Source: Candidatus Levyibacteriota bacterium | Lineage (GTDB): Bacteria > Patescibacteriota > Microgenomatia > Levybacterales > UBA12049 | Reading direction: 5' to 3' | Assembly (NCBI GenBank): GCA_043823085.1 | Contig: JBDRBE010000004.1 | Coordinates: 69,510-133,509, forward strand | Length of the DNA: 64,000 bases | In this document: positions 53,834 to 63,222 of the stretch, in pieces | Numbering within the stretch: the stretch's first letter is position 1 | Layout: each line of letters begins with the position of its first letter | Notes under the pieces: generated by a model | What the model saw: the letters and a program-made list of their open reading frames with translations, nothing else | What the model was told of the DNA's origin: nothing | The model's database searches: none | Position numbers and translations under genes: made by a program

Positions 53834-55771
53834 ATGGATGAAATTTCAAAAATAGAATTAGACTCAAAAAATCCTACTCCATCATCTCCAATTTTTGAAC
53901 ATATGAGGAAATTTAAATTACCTAAAAGAACAGCGATTGTTGTTCTCTCAATAATTTTATTAGTCGCAGTGGGATTTTTCTTTATGGTCTTACTTCCTGC
54001 GCAAAAAACTTATTCCGCAGGGATGACTAGCTACGCGCAGGCGCATAAAGCCTGGGACGCGGTAAAAAAACAAAATATCGATCAAACAATTACGGAACTT
54101 GAAAGCACAAAGAAAGAACTGGGAAAAACCCAAAACAGTCTTAATTCTTTATCTTTTCTAAAATATATTCCTATTGCCTCAGGTTATTATAACGACGCAG
54201 ATCATTTAGTAAAAGCAGGTTTTTACGGTTTGGATGCGGCTTTAACAGTTGCAAACTCTTTAAAGCCTTACGAGGATGTTCTTGGACTAAAGGGAAAGGG
54301 AAGTTTTGTCATGGGGTCGGCAGAACAAAGAGTTCAGTTGGCAATTATGACGATGGGTAAAATTACTCCTCATATTGATGATGTTGCAGGATCGTTAAGT
54401 TTGGCCAAAAAAGAAATCGAACAAGTTGATCAAAACCATTATCCGTCGATTTTTGGCGGAGAAAAAATAAGGGATCAATTAATTTCAGTAAAAAGTATTG
54501 CCCGACAGAGTCTCACTTTTGTTGCGGAGGCAAGACCGCTTATAAAAATACTTCCGTCACTTTTGGGTGATACCAAAGAAAGGAAATATTTAGTTTTGTT
54601 TCAGAACAATGCCGAGTTGCGTCCAACAGGCGGGTTTATAACAGCCTATGCAATTTTTAGAATAGATAAAGGAGTTATTCATGTTGACAGGTCAGATGAT
54701 ATTTATTCTCTGGATAATGCAATTGGTAAAAAAGCAAAAGCGCCCGCACCTATCCTTAAATATCTTCCCAACGTTTATACGTTTAATCTTAGAGATTCAA
54801 ATATCTCTTCGGATTTTATTGAATCAATGAAAACTTTCGATTCCATGTATAAGCTTGCATCTAATAAGGTAAATGTCGATGGAATTATTGCAATTGATAC
54901 GCATGTTTTAGTTTCTGTAATAAAAATATTAGATGATAAAGTGAATGCGGCCGGAATGACTTTTACGTCAAAAGAGGATCCAAGATGTAATTGTCCGCAA
55001 GTAATATTTGCTCTTGAAGATACAATTTCAAGGCCGGTTAATTATCAAAAGAGCGGCCGGAAAGATCTTCTTGGGACTTTATTATATGCAATAATGGAAA
55101 AAGCTTTATCGTCCTCTCCTAAAGTTTATTGGGGGCCATTATTCCAGTCATTTCTTACTGAAACTTCGCAAAAACACGTTCTCTTTTATCTTTTTAATGA
55201 AGATGCTCAAAGCGGCGTAGAGGCTCTTAATGCGGCCGGTAGAATAAAGTCGTTTGATGGCGATTATCTCCATATTAATGAAGCAAATTTTGGCGGACAA
55301 AAATCAAATCTTTATGTGCAAGAGAATGTTGAACAAAGCTATGAAGTAAAGAATGACGGAAGCATTGTTAAAACAGTTACGATTAACTATAAAAATCCCG
55401 AGCCTCCTTCAGATTGTAATTTGGAAAGAGGAAATTTATGTCTGAATGCAATTTTGAGGAACTGGTTTAGAATTTATGTGCCAAAAGGAAGCGTTATGCT
55501 TAATAGTCAAGGATCGGAAGTAAAAATGACATCATATGAAGAACTTGGAAAAACTGTTTTTGATGGATTCTTGACTGTTAGGCCTTTGGGTGCGGCTAAA
55601 TTTACTATTTCTTACAAATTGCCGTTTAAGTTAAAGAGCGGTTCACCTCTTCCGCTTCTTATTCAAAAACAGCCGGGGACTGATAAAAATGAATATGTTA
55701 TCAAGATAAACGGTAAGCAAGTTGAAAAGTTTCTTCTTTTGACAGATAAAGAAGTCAAATTAAGCTTTTAA
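53834..55771 (+). CDS. Membrane-anchored extracytoplasmic protein of unknown function (DUF4012-like, tentative)
   Basis: N-terminal TM (IVVLSIILLVAVGFFFMVLL) then a roughly 580-aa soluble domain containing the ELRPTGGFI motif. Confidence 0.4.
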   Translation: MDEISKIELDSKNPTPSSPIFEHMRKFKLPKRTAIVVLSIILLVAVGFFFMVLLPAQKTYSAGMTSYAQAHKAWDAVKKQNIDQTITELESTKKELGKTQNSLNSLSFLKYIPIASGYYNDADHLVKAGFYGLDAALTVANSLKPYEDVLGLKGKGSFVMGSAEQRVQLAIMTMGKITPHIDDVAGSLSLAKKEIEQVDQNHYPSIFGGEKIRDQLISVKSIARQSLTFVAEARPLIKILPSLLGDTKERKYLVLFQNNAELRPTGGFITAYAIFRIDKGVIHVDRSDDIYSLDNAIGKKAKAPAPILKYLPNVYTFNLRDSNISSDFIESMKTFDSMYKLASNKVNVDGIIAIDTHVLVSVIKILDDKVNAAGMTFTSKEDPRCNCPQVIFALEDTISRPVNYQKSGRKDLLGTLLYAIMEKALSSSPKVYWGPLFQSFLTETSQKHVLFYLFNEDAQSGVEALNAAGRIKSFDGDYLHINEANFGGQKSNLYVQENVEQSYEVKNDGSIVKTVTINYKNPEPPSDCNLERGNLCLNAILRNWFRIYVPKGSVMLNSQGSEVKMTSYEELGKTVFDGFLTVRPLGAAKFTISYKLPFKLKSGSPLPLLIQKQPGTDKNEYVIKINGKQVEKFLLLTDKEVKLSF

Positions 55772-55782
55772 AGGATTTCTTC

Positions 55783-56325
55783 ATGCGTAATTTTAAAACA
55801 GAGGGAATAGTCATTAAGAGAAGAAATTTTGGGGAGGCAGATCGCATTTTAACGGTTTTTACCAAGAGAAGAGGAAAAATTCAGATTAAAGCCTTGGGAG
55901 TGCGAAAAATTACAAGCAAGCGCTCTCCTCACGTTGAGCTTTTGAATTATTCTTCGTTTTCGCTTCATCAGGGCAGAAGTTTGCCTATTTTAACCGAAGC
56001 ACAAACACTGGAAGATTTTTCTCAAATTAAAGACAGTTTGATAAAAGTAGGTTTTTGCTATCATATTTGCGAGCTTATTGACGGTCTTTGTCCGGAGAAT
56101 CAGGAAAACAGTATGGTTTTTCCATTTTTACTTGCAACTCTCAAGCGATTATCAAACCAAGAAAAAATTGTTGAAATTATTCATGAGTTTGAAATAAATC
56201 TTCTTGTGCATTTGGGATATTATAAACATTCAGCCTTAAATAAAGATTTTGATTCATCCGCATTTATAGAGCGAGTACTTGAAAAAAAGTTAAGATCAAA
56301 AAACATCTTTCCTCACTTTGTTTAA
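55783..56325 (+). CDS. recO: DNA repair protein RecO (short form)
   Basis: GIVIKRRNFGEADRILTVFTKRRGKI matches the RecO N-terminal OB fold. 180 aa. Confidence 0.65.
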   Translation: MRNFKTEGIVIKRRNFGEADRILTVFTKRRGKIQIKALGVRKITSKRSPHVELLNYSSFSLHQGRSLPILTEAQTLEDFSQIKDSLIKVGFCYHICELIDGLCPENQENSMVFPFLLATLKRLSNQEKIVEIIHEFEINLLVHLGYYKHSALNKDFDSSAFIERVLEKKLRSKNIFPHFV

Positions 56326-56614
56326 AGCGAAAAGTTCCTGCTTTATTTTATAAAGTTGTTATCTAGTGCCCTAACTTAAAAGTAGAAAATTTCTAGAATT
56401 TTAACCGTCAGAAAAATGTGATTATTGGGTTAAATTCCCCAAAACTCCAGAGGTGTCCTAGCTAATCCACCTTAGAGGTGGACGAGGTATGCTACCTGAT
56501 AACTTGGGTCTATCACTTGCGCCGAGGGAAGGCGAGAAATATTACACCCCAATGTTACACCCCCGAGGTGTAACAGGCATATGATATATATTTAGTATAT
56601 ACTTGATATATACC

Positions 56615-56764
56615 ATGATTAGAAAGATTATTGGATTGGGGAGATATTCTGCCATTGTTTCTATCCCCCGGGAGCTAATGAAAAAACTACGGTGGAGAAA
56701 AGGGCAAAAGGTGGAAGTTTCTGCCAAAAGAAAAACCCTGCAAATTAAAGATTACAAAAATTAA
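56615..56764 (+). CDS. AbrB/MazE/SpoVT-like small DNA-binding protein (49 aa, not in the ORF track)
   Basis: MIRKIIGLGRYSAIVSIPRELMKKLRWRKGQKVEVSAKRKTLQIKDYKN* follows the swapped-hairpin pattern (IPrel..l....G..v). ATG at 56615, TAA at 56762-56764. Confidence 0.45.
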   Translation: MIRKIIGLGRYSAIVSIPRELMKKLRWRKGQKVEVSAKRKTLQIKDYKN

Positions 56765-56821
56765 AAGATTAAGCGTTAATATCCGCTTTAACTATATTTC
56801 TTTTTCTGCTATCATAGTGCT

Positions 56822-58165
56822 ATGACAAAAGATTCAAACGTGATGGTCGCGTCAAACGCGATGGAGAAGATTGTTGCTCTTTGTAAAAGGCGCGGTTTTA
56901 TTTATCCCGGGAGCGAAATCTACGGCGGGTTAAATGGCATGTGGGATCTTGGGCCAATGGGAGTTAGGTTGGCAAACAATATTAAGAAAGAATGGAAAAA
57001 AAGCGTAGTCCAGTCACGTGACGACGTTGTCGAATTAGATTCATCGATTCTTTATAATTCTAAAGTTTGGCAAGCTTCAGGTCATGTATCTTCATTTACG
57101 GATCCTCTTATCGAATGCAAAATTTGTCATGAAAGATTTAGGGCCGATAGCGAAAAAGATATTAAAGAGCATGAAAAGCTTCACAAAACGCCTTCTTGGA
57201 CCGATGTAAAAGCGTTTAATTTGATGTTTAAAACATATGTTGGACCAATTGATGACGAAAAAAATAAAACTTATCTTCGCCCAGAAACTGCCCAGGGAAT
57301 TTTTATCAACTTTGATAATGTCATAAATAGTGCAAGAGTAAAAATTCCTTTTGGCATTGCGCAAATCGGCAAAGGTTTTAGAAACGAAATTACAACCGGA
57401 AATTTTCTGTTTCGAGTCCGCGAATTTGAAATGATGGAACTGGAATTTTTTGTTAAACCAACTGATGCCAAAAAATGGCATGAATATTGGAAAAACGAAA
57501 GACTGAGTTGGTACATTAATTTAGGAATAAAAAAAGAAAATATTAAACTGGTTGATTTGCCCAAAGAAGAGATTGCTCATTATTCCAAAGGGACAAGCGA
57601 AGTTTGGTATAACTGGCCCTTCGCTGGCGCTTTGGGTAAACTTCAATGGGGCGAACTTGAAGGAATCGCCAACAGAGGCGATTATGATTTATCAAACCAT
57701 GCAAAATGCTCCGGAAAGGATTTATCTTATTTTGATCAGGAGACAAATGAAAGATTTGTTCCTTATGTTATTGAGCCATCGCTTGGTGTGGGACGCGCAA
57801 TGCTTGCTTTTTTGCTTGATAGCTACGAAGAAGATGATAAAAGGGTTATTTTAAAACTTCATCCAAAACTTGCACCAATTAAAATTGCTGTTTTTCCTCT
57901 TTTGGCAAATAAACCAGAGCTTTTAAAGCAGGCAAACGAAATTTATAAAAATCTGAAAAAAGAAATTGACGGCGTTGCTTTTGATGACAGAGGAAATATC
58001 GGCAAGCGCTATCTTTCGCAAGATGAAGTTGGGACGCCATTCTGTGTGACTGTTGATTTTACAAGTCTTGAGGACAAGACAGTAACGGTACGCGATAGAG
58101 ATACAACAAAACAGGAGAGAATAAAAATCGACAAACTTCTTGACAAATTTGCTTGGATTGGTTAA
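56822..58165 (+). CDS. glyQS: Glycyl-tRNA synthetase, alpha2 (GlyQS / eukaryote-archaeal type)
   Basis: RRGFIYPGSEIYGGLNGMWDLGPMGV. Class II motifs. 447 aa. Confidence 0.85.
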   Translation: MTKDSNVMVASNAMEKIVALCKRRGFIYPGSEIYGGLNGMWDLGPMGVRLANNIKKEWKKSVVQSRDDVVELDSSILYNSKVWQASGHVSSFTDPLIECKICHERFRADSEKDIKEHEKLHKTPSWTDVKAFNLMFKTYVGPIDDEKNKTYLRPETAQGIFINFDNVINSARVKIPFGIAQIGKGFRNEITTGNFLFRVREFEMMELEFFVKPTDAKKWHEYWKNERLSWYINLGIKKENIKLVDLPKEEIAHYSKGTSEVWYNWPFAGALGKLQWGELEGIANRGDYDLSNHAKCSGKDLSYFDQETNERFVPYVIEPSLGVGRAMLAFLLDSYEEDDKRVILKLHPKLAPIKIAVFPLLANKPELLKQANEIYKNLKKEIDGVAFDDRGNIGKRYLSQDEVGTPFCVTVDFTSLEDKTVTVRDRDTTKQERIKIDKLLDKFAWIG

Positions 58166-58179
58166 CTTAATTAATATAG

Positions 58180-58656
58180 ATGAAAAATAGAACGTTGATT
58201 ATTGCCGCAGTTGTTGTTTTATTAATTATTATTGGCGGGGGAGTATATTTTCTTTCTTCAAAGAATTCAACAGGTAAGCCCCAAGATTTGATTTCGGAAA
58301 TGAGCCAAGAAGTAATTCCTACGGTTATGCCTTCGGATATTGGTTTAATAATTACACTTCGCGATGACAGTAAAGCTATGAAGTTTGAAATCACTCAAAT
58401 AGACGGTATTTCGCTTGTCGAATATCAAATTTCTTACATGAAAGAAGTAAATGGTGAACAAGTTCCGGAAGGTTTAATTGGAGAAATAAAAGTAAAGCCG
58501 GGTGATAAAAAAATAACTACCGATTATCGTGAATTTGGCACATGTTCTTCCGGAAAATGCCGGTATGACAAAGTGGTTTCCCCTGTGAGCTTAACTTTAA
58601 AAATTACAAAAGACGACGGCAGCATTCTTTCTTCGGAAGAAATAACGCAGTTATAG
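58180..58656 (+). CDS. Membrane-anchored or secreted hypothetical protein
   Basis: N-terminal TM/signal anchor (LIIAAVVVLLIIIGGGVYFL). 158 aa. Confidence 0.5.
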   Translation: MKNRTLIIAAVVVLLIIIGGGVYFLSSKNSTGKPQDLISEMSQEVIPTVMPSDIGLIITLRDDSKAMKFEITQIDGISLVEYQISYMKEVNGEQVPEGLIGEIKVKPGDKKITTDYREFGTCSSGKCRYDKVVSPVSLTLKITKDDGSILSSEEITQL

Positions 58657-58774
58657 CTTCAAATTTTAACTTCTTTAAATTCATCCCCTATATATAGTGT
58701 TTTTTTTAAACTTAAAACCCTATTTTTGTTGATTGACCTATTGACAGGCTTAAGAAAATGCTGCAAAATGATAT

Positions 58775-58803
58775 AAAGTGGTCTAAAGTGGGAAGAAGTG
58801 GGA
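58775..58803 (+). promoter_or_regulatory. MraZ operator: three direct repeats (AAAGTGG tct AAAGTGGG aag AAGTGGG) at 10-bp periodicity, downstream of TTGACC/TTGACA -35-like hexamers at 58732-58746
   Basis: Read directly. Sits 58-86 nt upstream of the mraZ ATG and matches the known MraZ box consensus (GTGGG / AAAGTG[G/T] direct repeats). Confidence 0.65.
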
Positions 58804-58860
58804 CGCTTCACCTCAAATGAGGTTCAGCGCAAGCTAAAAAGAAAGGCAGGTTGAAAGAGA

Positions 58861-59301
58861 ATGCTACTTGGACAATATGAAGGAAAAATTGATAAGAAAA
58901 GCAGAGCAGCATTACCCAAAAAACTTAGAGAAATTTTGGGAGATAAATTAATTATTACTAAAGGTTATGAAAACTCGCTTATTATCGTTTCGGAAGAAGG
59001 ATGGAAAGCTTTGCTTGAGGGAACAGAAGGAAAACCATTCATTCAATCGGAAACAAGAGAAACTCAGCGATTCATTCTTGGAGGGGCAAGTTTTGTCGAG
59101 CTCGATAATAAGGGAAGGTTTATTTTGCCTTCTTACCTTAGAGCGTTTGGAAAAATTAAGGATGAAGTTGTATTCCTAGGTTTATCAAGATATGCAGAAA
59201 TTTGGGATAAAGCAAGATGGCAAGAACATAGTCAAAGTCTGGAGCAAAATATTGATTCGATTGCAAAAAAATTAACAGAAAATGAAAATAAAAATGAATG
59301 A
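58861..59301 (+). CDS. mraZ: Transcriptional regulator MraZ
   Basis: MLLGQYEGKIDKKSRAALPKKLREILGDKLIITKGYENSLIIVSEEGW has a tandem MraZ fold signature. 146 aa. Confidence 0.85.
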   Translation: MLLGQYEGKIDKKSRAALPKKLREILGDKLIITKGYENSLIIVSEEGWKALLEGTEGKPFIQSETRETQRFILGGASFVELDNKGRFILPSYLRAFGKIKDEVVFLGLSRYAEIWDKARWQEHSQSLEQNIDSIAKKLTENENKNE

Positions 59302-60170
59302 ACAATTATCACACGCCTGTTCTTTTAAAAGAAATAGTTGATTTTTTAGGAGTTTCCAAGGGCAAGAAATACATTGATGCCACTTTGGGTGGAGGCGGAC
59401 ACACATTCGAAATATTAAAGTGTGGCGGAACAGTTTTGGGAATTGATGTTGACCAGGACGCGATAGACTATGTTAAATCAAAAATCAACGAAGAGAAATT
59501 AGTTTTAGTCAAAGGGAATTTCAAAGATATTGATAAAATTGCACATTCAAAAGGTTTTAATAATGTTTCTGGAATAATTTTTGATCTTGGAGTATCAAGT
59601 TTTCAACTTGAAAAAGATTCCAGAGGATTTAGTTTCCAAAAAGAAGGGCCGCTTGATATGCGAATGGACCCTTCGGGGGCATCAGGGCAAGTAAAAGCGG
59701 CAGACCTAATTAATGCTTTAACGAAAGGAGAGCTTTATGAACTATTTACTAAGCTGGGTGAAGAGCGTTTTGCTCGTACCATTTCTAACGATATTTGTAG
59801 AGCCCGTCGAGTAAAGCCAATAGAAACAACCAGTGAGTTGGCAGGAATTATAAGAAAAAGAGGATTTTTAAAAAAAATAGATCCTGCAACTCGGGTGTTC
59901 CAGGCTTTGCGAATTGCAGTAAATGACGAGCTGAATAATTTAAAAGAAGCTTTACCAAAAGCGATTGGATTATTAGAAAAAGGAGGATTGCTTGAAGTTA
60001 TTTCTTTTCATTCGCTTGAGGATAGAATTGTAAAAAATTGTTTCCAACAGTTTCAAAAAGAAGGTTTAGGAAATGTTTTGATAAAAAAACCAATTGTTCC
60101 AAGCAATGAGGAGCAGAAAATAAACAGAAGAAGCAGAAGCGCAAAATTAAGAGTATTTAAAAGAAATTAA
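59298..60170 (+). CDS. rsmH: 16S rRNA (cytosine1402-N4)-methyltransferase
   Basis: HTPVLLKEIVDFL..IDATLGGGGHT is a canonical RsmH/MraW motif. Confidence 0.85.
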   Translation: MNNYHTPVLLKEIVDFLGVSKGKKYIDATLGGGGHTFEILKCGGTVLGIDVDQDAIDYVKSKINEEKLVLVKGNFKDIDKIAHSKGFNNVSGIIFDLGVSSFQLEKDSRGFSFQKEGPLDMRMDPSGASGQVKAADLINALTKGELYELFTKLGEERFARTISNDICRARRVKPIETTSELAGIIRKRGFLKKIDPATRVFQALRIAVNDELNNLKEALPKAIGLLEKGGLLEVISFHSLEDRIVKNCFQQFQKEGLGNVLIKKPIVPSNEEQKINRRSRSAKLRVFKRN

Positions 60171-60218
60171 AATATGACCCATTCGACAAACTCAGGGTCA
60201 TAGTGAATGAACTGAACT

Positions 60219-60500
60219 ATGAAAAAACCAGTATTTTTTTTAACATTTTTAATATTAATTGCAGTTTCCCTTACGATTGTTCAAATATTCGTTTCAAACA
60301 GAATATCAACGACAGGTTTAGTTTTGAGTAATTTTGAAGAAGAAGCAAATAATTACGAAAGAGAAAATTCTTTGCTAAAAGAAAAACTTTTGACAATTTC
60401 CTCTCTTAATTATATTGCATCGCAAGCAGGGCAATTAGGTTTTGTGGAAGATAAATCTAAGATTTTCTTGGTAGAACCGTTGCCTTTGGCTCGACAATGA
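60219..60500 (+). CDS. ftsL: Cell division protein FtsL-like (small bitopic membrane protein)
   Basis: 93 aa, single N-terminal TM, coiled-coil tail. Sits between rsmH and ftsI. Confidence 0.6.
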   Translation: MKKPVFFLTFLILIAVSLTIVQIFVSNRISTTGLVLSNFEEEANNYERENSLLKEKLLTISSLNYIASQAGQLGFVEDKSKIFLVEPLPLARQ

Positions 60501-62176
60501 CCGCAAGACTTCGTTTTACATTTATTTTTATTATTTTATTTTTTATATTGGTTATCGCGAGACTTTTTTATTGGCAAGTTGTTAAGGCGGAAGAATTATC
60601 CCTTTTGGGTAATTCTCAATACGGTGCTTTAGTGCAAGTACAGCCTCAGAGAGGAGAAATAAAAACTTCCGATAACTTTCCTATTGCTACAAACAAACTT
60701 TCTTATCTTGTTTATGCCAGCCCTTATGAGATAAAAGACAAAATAAAAACTGCAAGATTACTTTCTTCATTTTTGGAAATGGACAATGCATCAATTAGTG
60801 CAACTTTATCAATCAAGGAGCGTGTTTGGGTTCCGATTAAATCCAAAGTGGAAAATGATGTAAAAAACACAATAGAAGAACTAAAACTTCCGGGAATTGG
60901 ATTTTCCCAGGAATCAACACGATTTTATCCGGAAGCATCTCTTGCTGCAACTCTGGTTGGTTTTGTTGGTAAAAACGATGCAGGAGGCAAAAAGGGGTAT
61001 TCTGGTTTAGAAGGATATTATGACAGACAGCTTAAAGGGAAAGAAGGAGTAACCCTTGTAATTCATGATGCGCTTGGTAAGCCAATTCTTTCTAAAATGG
61101 TTGATACGGACACTGTGAATGGCAGAACGCTTATTCTAAATGTTGACCGTTCTATTCAATTTATGATAGAGAGAAAATTAAAAGACGGAATTGAAAAATA
61201 TGGCGCAAGTGGGGGAATGGTTGGGATTTTAGATCCAAAGACAGGTAATGTTTTGGCAATGGCCTCGTTTCCGTCTTTTGACCCGAGAAGCTACTACGAA
61301 TATTCGGAGGAATTTTATAGAAATCCTTTTTTATCCAATCTTTATGAGCCAGGTTCTACATTTAAATCTTTAGTTATGGCATCTGCCCTTGACGCCGGCG
61401 TTGTAAAACCGGAAACAAAATGTAATATCTGCGATAAACCAATTTCCATTGGCGAGTACGAAATAAAAACATGGGATAATAAATATCATAAAGATTTAAA
61501 CATGATTGATGTTATTAAATATTCTGACAATACTGGAATGGTTTTTGTGGCAAAGTCAATGGGAATAACTAAAATGCTTTCTTATCTTCATGAATTTGGC
61601 ATTGGAGAATTAACCGGCATTGATTTGCAAGGTGAGGTTTCCTCATATCTTAGGCCGGAAAACAAATGGTATCCGATAGATCTTGCCACACTTGGTTTTG
61701 GCCAGGGAATTTCTGTTACTCCTATTGAATTGTTAACTGCATTTTCTTCAATTGCCAATGAGGGGAAAATGATGGAGCCCCACGTTGTTTCCAAAATCGA
61801 AACTCCGGAAGGGAAGATGCTTTCAATAGCTCCAAAAGTTTTAAGTACGCCTATAAGTTCTAAAACTGCAAAAGTTATGACAGAAATTCTTGTTAATGCT
61901 GTCAGTAATGGCGAGGCAAAATGGGCAAAACCCAAAGGTTATCGGATTGCGGGAAAAACAGGAACTTCGCAAATTCCAATAGCAGGGCATTACGATTCAA
62001 ACAAAACAGTCGCTTCTTTTATTGGTTTTGCTCCGGCAGATAATCCGAAATTTGCGATGCTGGTAATTATTGACAGGCCGACAACGTCAATTTATGGCTC
62101 CGAAACTGCCGCGCCGATTTTCTTCGATATTGCCAAAGAGATTCTTAGCTACTACAAAATCCCACCGAGTGAATAA
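60497..62176 (+). CDS. ftsI: Penicillin-binding protein transpeptidase (FtsI-like class B PBP)
   Basis: N-terminal TM, STFK (SxxK), SDN (YSDNTG) and KTG (AGKTGTS) motifs. Confidence 0.85.
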   Translation: MTARLRFTFIFIILFFILVIARLFYWQVVKAEELSLLGNSQYGALVQVQPQRGEIKTSDNFPIATNKLSYLVYASPYEIKDKIKTARLLSSFLEMDNASISATLSIKERVWVPIKSKVENDVKNTIEELKLPGIGFSQESTRFYPEASLAATLVGFVGKNDAGGKKGYSGLEGYYDRQLKGKEGVTLVIHDALGKPILSKMVDTDTVNGRTLILNVDRSIQFMIERKLKDGIEKYGASGGMVGILDPKTGNVLAMASFPSFDPRSYYEYSEEFYRNPFLSNLYEPGSTFKSLVMASALDAGVVKPETKCNICDKPISIGEYEIKTWDNKYHKDLNMIDVIKYSDNTGMVFVAKSMGITKMLSYLHEFGIGELTGIDLQGEVSSYLRPENKWYPIDLATLGFGQGISVTPIELLTAFSSIANEGKMMEPHVVSKIETPEGKMLSIAPKVLSTPISSKTAKVMTEILVNAVSNGEAKWAKPKGYRIAGKTGTSQIPIAGHYDSNKTVASFIGFAPADNPKFAMLVIIDRPTTSIYGSETAAPIFFDIAKEILSYYKIPPSE

Positions 62177-62261
62177 TTTAATTGTTGAACGTCTTAATAT
62201 TATTATTCGTAAAACACACATTGTGCGACACTAACCTTTTGAAAATGTTATACTTATTAGT

Positions 62262-62699
62262 ATGGCAATAATTCTTCTATTGAAAATTGATGTTGCAAAA
62301 AGAGAGTTAGACCACGCAATAAAATTGTTTCTAAACGGTGGAGATATTGTTGCTATCCATCTTGTTATATCTGCTTGCCAAGAGATATTGGGAGCCATAG
62401 GAAGATCGGATAAAAGTATAAGGTCGGAACTTTTAAAAAGGGTAAAAAAAGAGAAGCAGAAGGAGGTTGTAAATAAGCTAAACGAAGCATATAACTTTTT
62501 CAAGCATGCAGATACGGATTCGGATAAGCTGTTAAAATTTAATCCTGACGCAAGTGAATTTGCTATATTTGATTCAATTGCAATGTATCAAGCCATTACT
62601 AGTGAAGCTACGGGTTTAATGCAAGCATTTCGTGTTTGGTTTTACTTGAAGCATTCTGACATTTTATTATACGAAGAACAGAAGACTTTGTTTAATTGA
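62262..62699 (+). CDS. Hypothetical protein inserted between ftsI and murE
   Basis: 145-aa ORF, no recognised motif. Followed by about 520 nt of GC-enriched non-coding DNA. Confidence 0.4.
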   Translation: MAIILLLKIDVAKRELDHAIKLFLNGGDIVAIHLVISACQEILGAIGRSDKSIRSELLKRVKKEKQKEVVNKLNEAYNFFKHADTDSDKLLKFNPDASEFAIFDSIAMYQAITSEATGLMQAFRVWFYLKHSDILLYEEQKTLFN

Positions 62700-63166
62700 T
62701 TTTAATGATAAGCAGTTTTTTTTAGAGCTTGCAGTTCAGTTGGAAGCGAAGCGTTCTGGTAATTAACATCTTCTTGAAGACTTAAAAAGGCAAATTTTCA
62801 TTTAGGTGCGTTTTAAGAAATTAGCTTTGGAAGTAGGGGATGACTTATAAATTCCCGCATTTTTGAGACACAGGAATTAAACTGCTTTATTCTGGATTAT
62901 CAAATCAATTTCCCCTAGGATCGTCCCCACAGCTCCACAGCTTCAAGGGTATTTGAAGAACTGCGTTATTCCCTTGTTTCGTTGTTTCATGGCCCCAGTG
63001 TCTCCAGTGTCTCTAGTGGCCCTAGTCGCTCCAAGATCCCAAAGGCCCAAAGGCCCCAGGTTCCAAGGCCAGGCTCCTTCGGATTTAATCCTCAGGATCT
63101 ATGACTTTCGTGTGTAGATATGCTTAGAACTGTCCGTACAAAAACGGATGGTGGTTTTTGGGGTAT

Positions 63167-63196
63167 TTGAAGAATTACACCGGAAAAAGGTATAAT
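63167..63196 (+). promoter_or_regulatory. Candidate sigma70-type promoter for murE (TTGAAG, 18-nt spacer, TATAAT)
   Basis: Read directly. The -35 hexamer lies inside a 14-nt direct repeat GGGTATTTGAAGAA that also occurs at 62947-62960. Confidence 0.4.
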
Positions 63197-63222
63197 ATAG
63201 AGATTACCTGCGACTTTTTTTT

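Noticed and set aside
56326-56614. tRNA or riboswitch upstream of glyQS
   Set aside because: No cloverleaf or T-loop consensus, and no glycine-riboswitch or T-box conserved cores recognisable. Only generic hairpins.
58167-58394. Minus-strand 75-aa ORF overlapping the glyQS end and the start of 58180..58656
   Set aside because: The plus-strand ORF is longer, has a signal/anchor helix, and fits the operon direction.
62700-63222. Possible tRNA, tmRNA, RNase P or SRP RNA in the GC-enriched ftsI-murE spacer
   Set aside because: No T-arm GTTCRANYC plus CCA end, no tmRNA tag-reading frame, and no RNase P P4 or SRP domain IV consensus found by eye. Left as an unexplained structured region.
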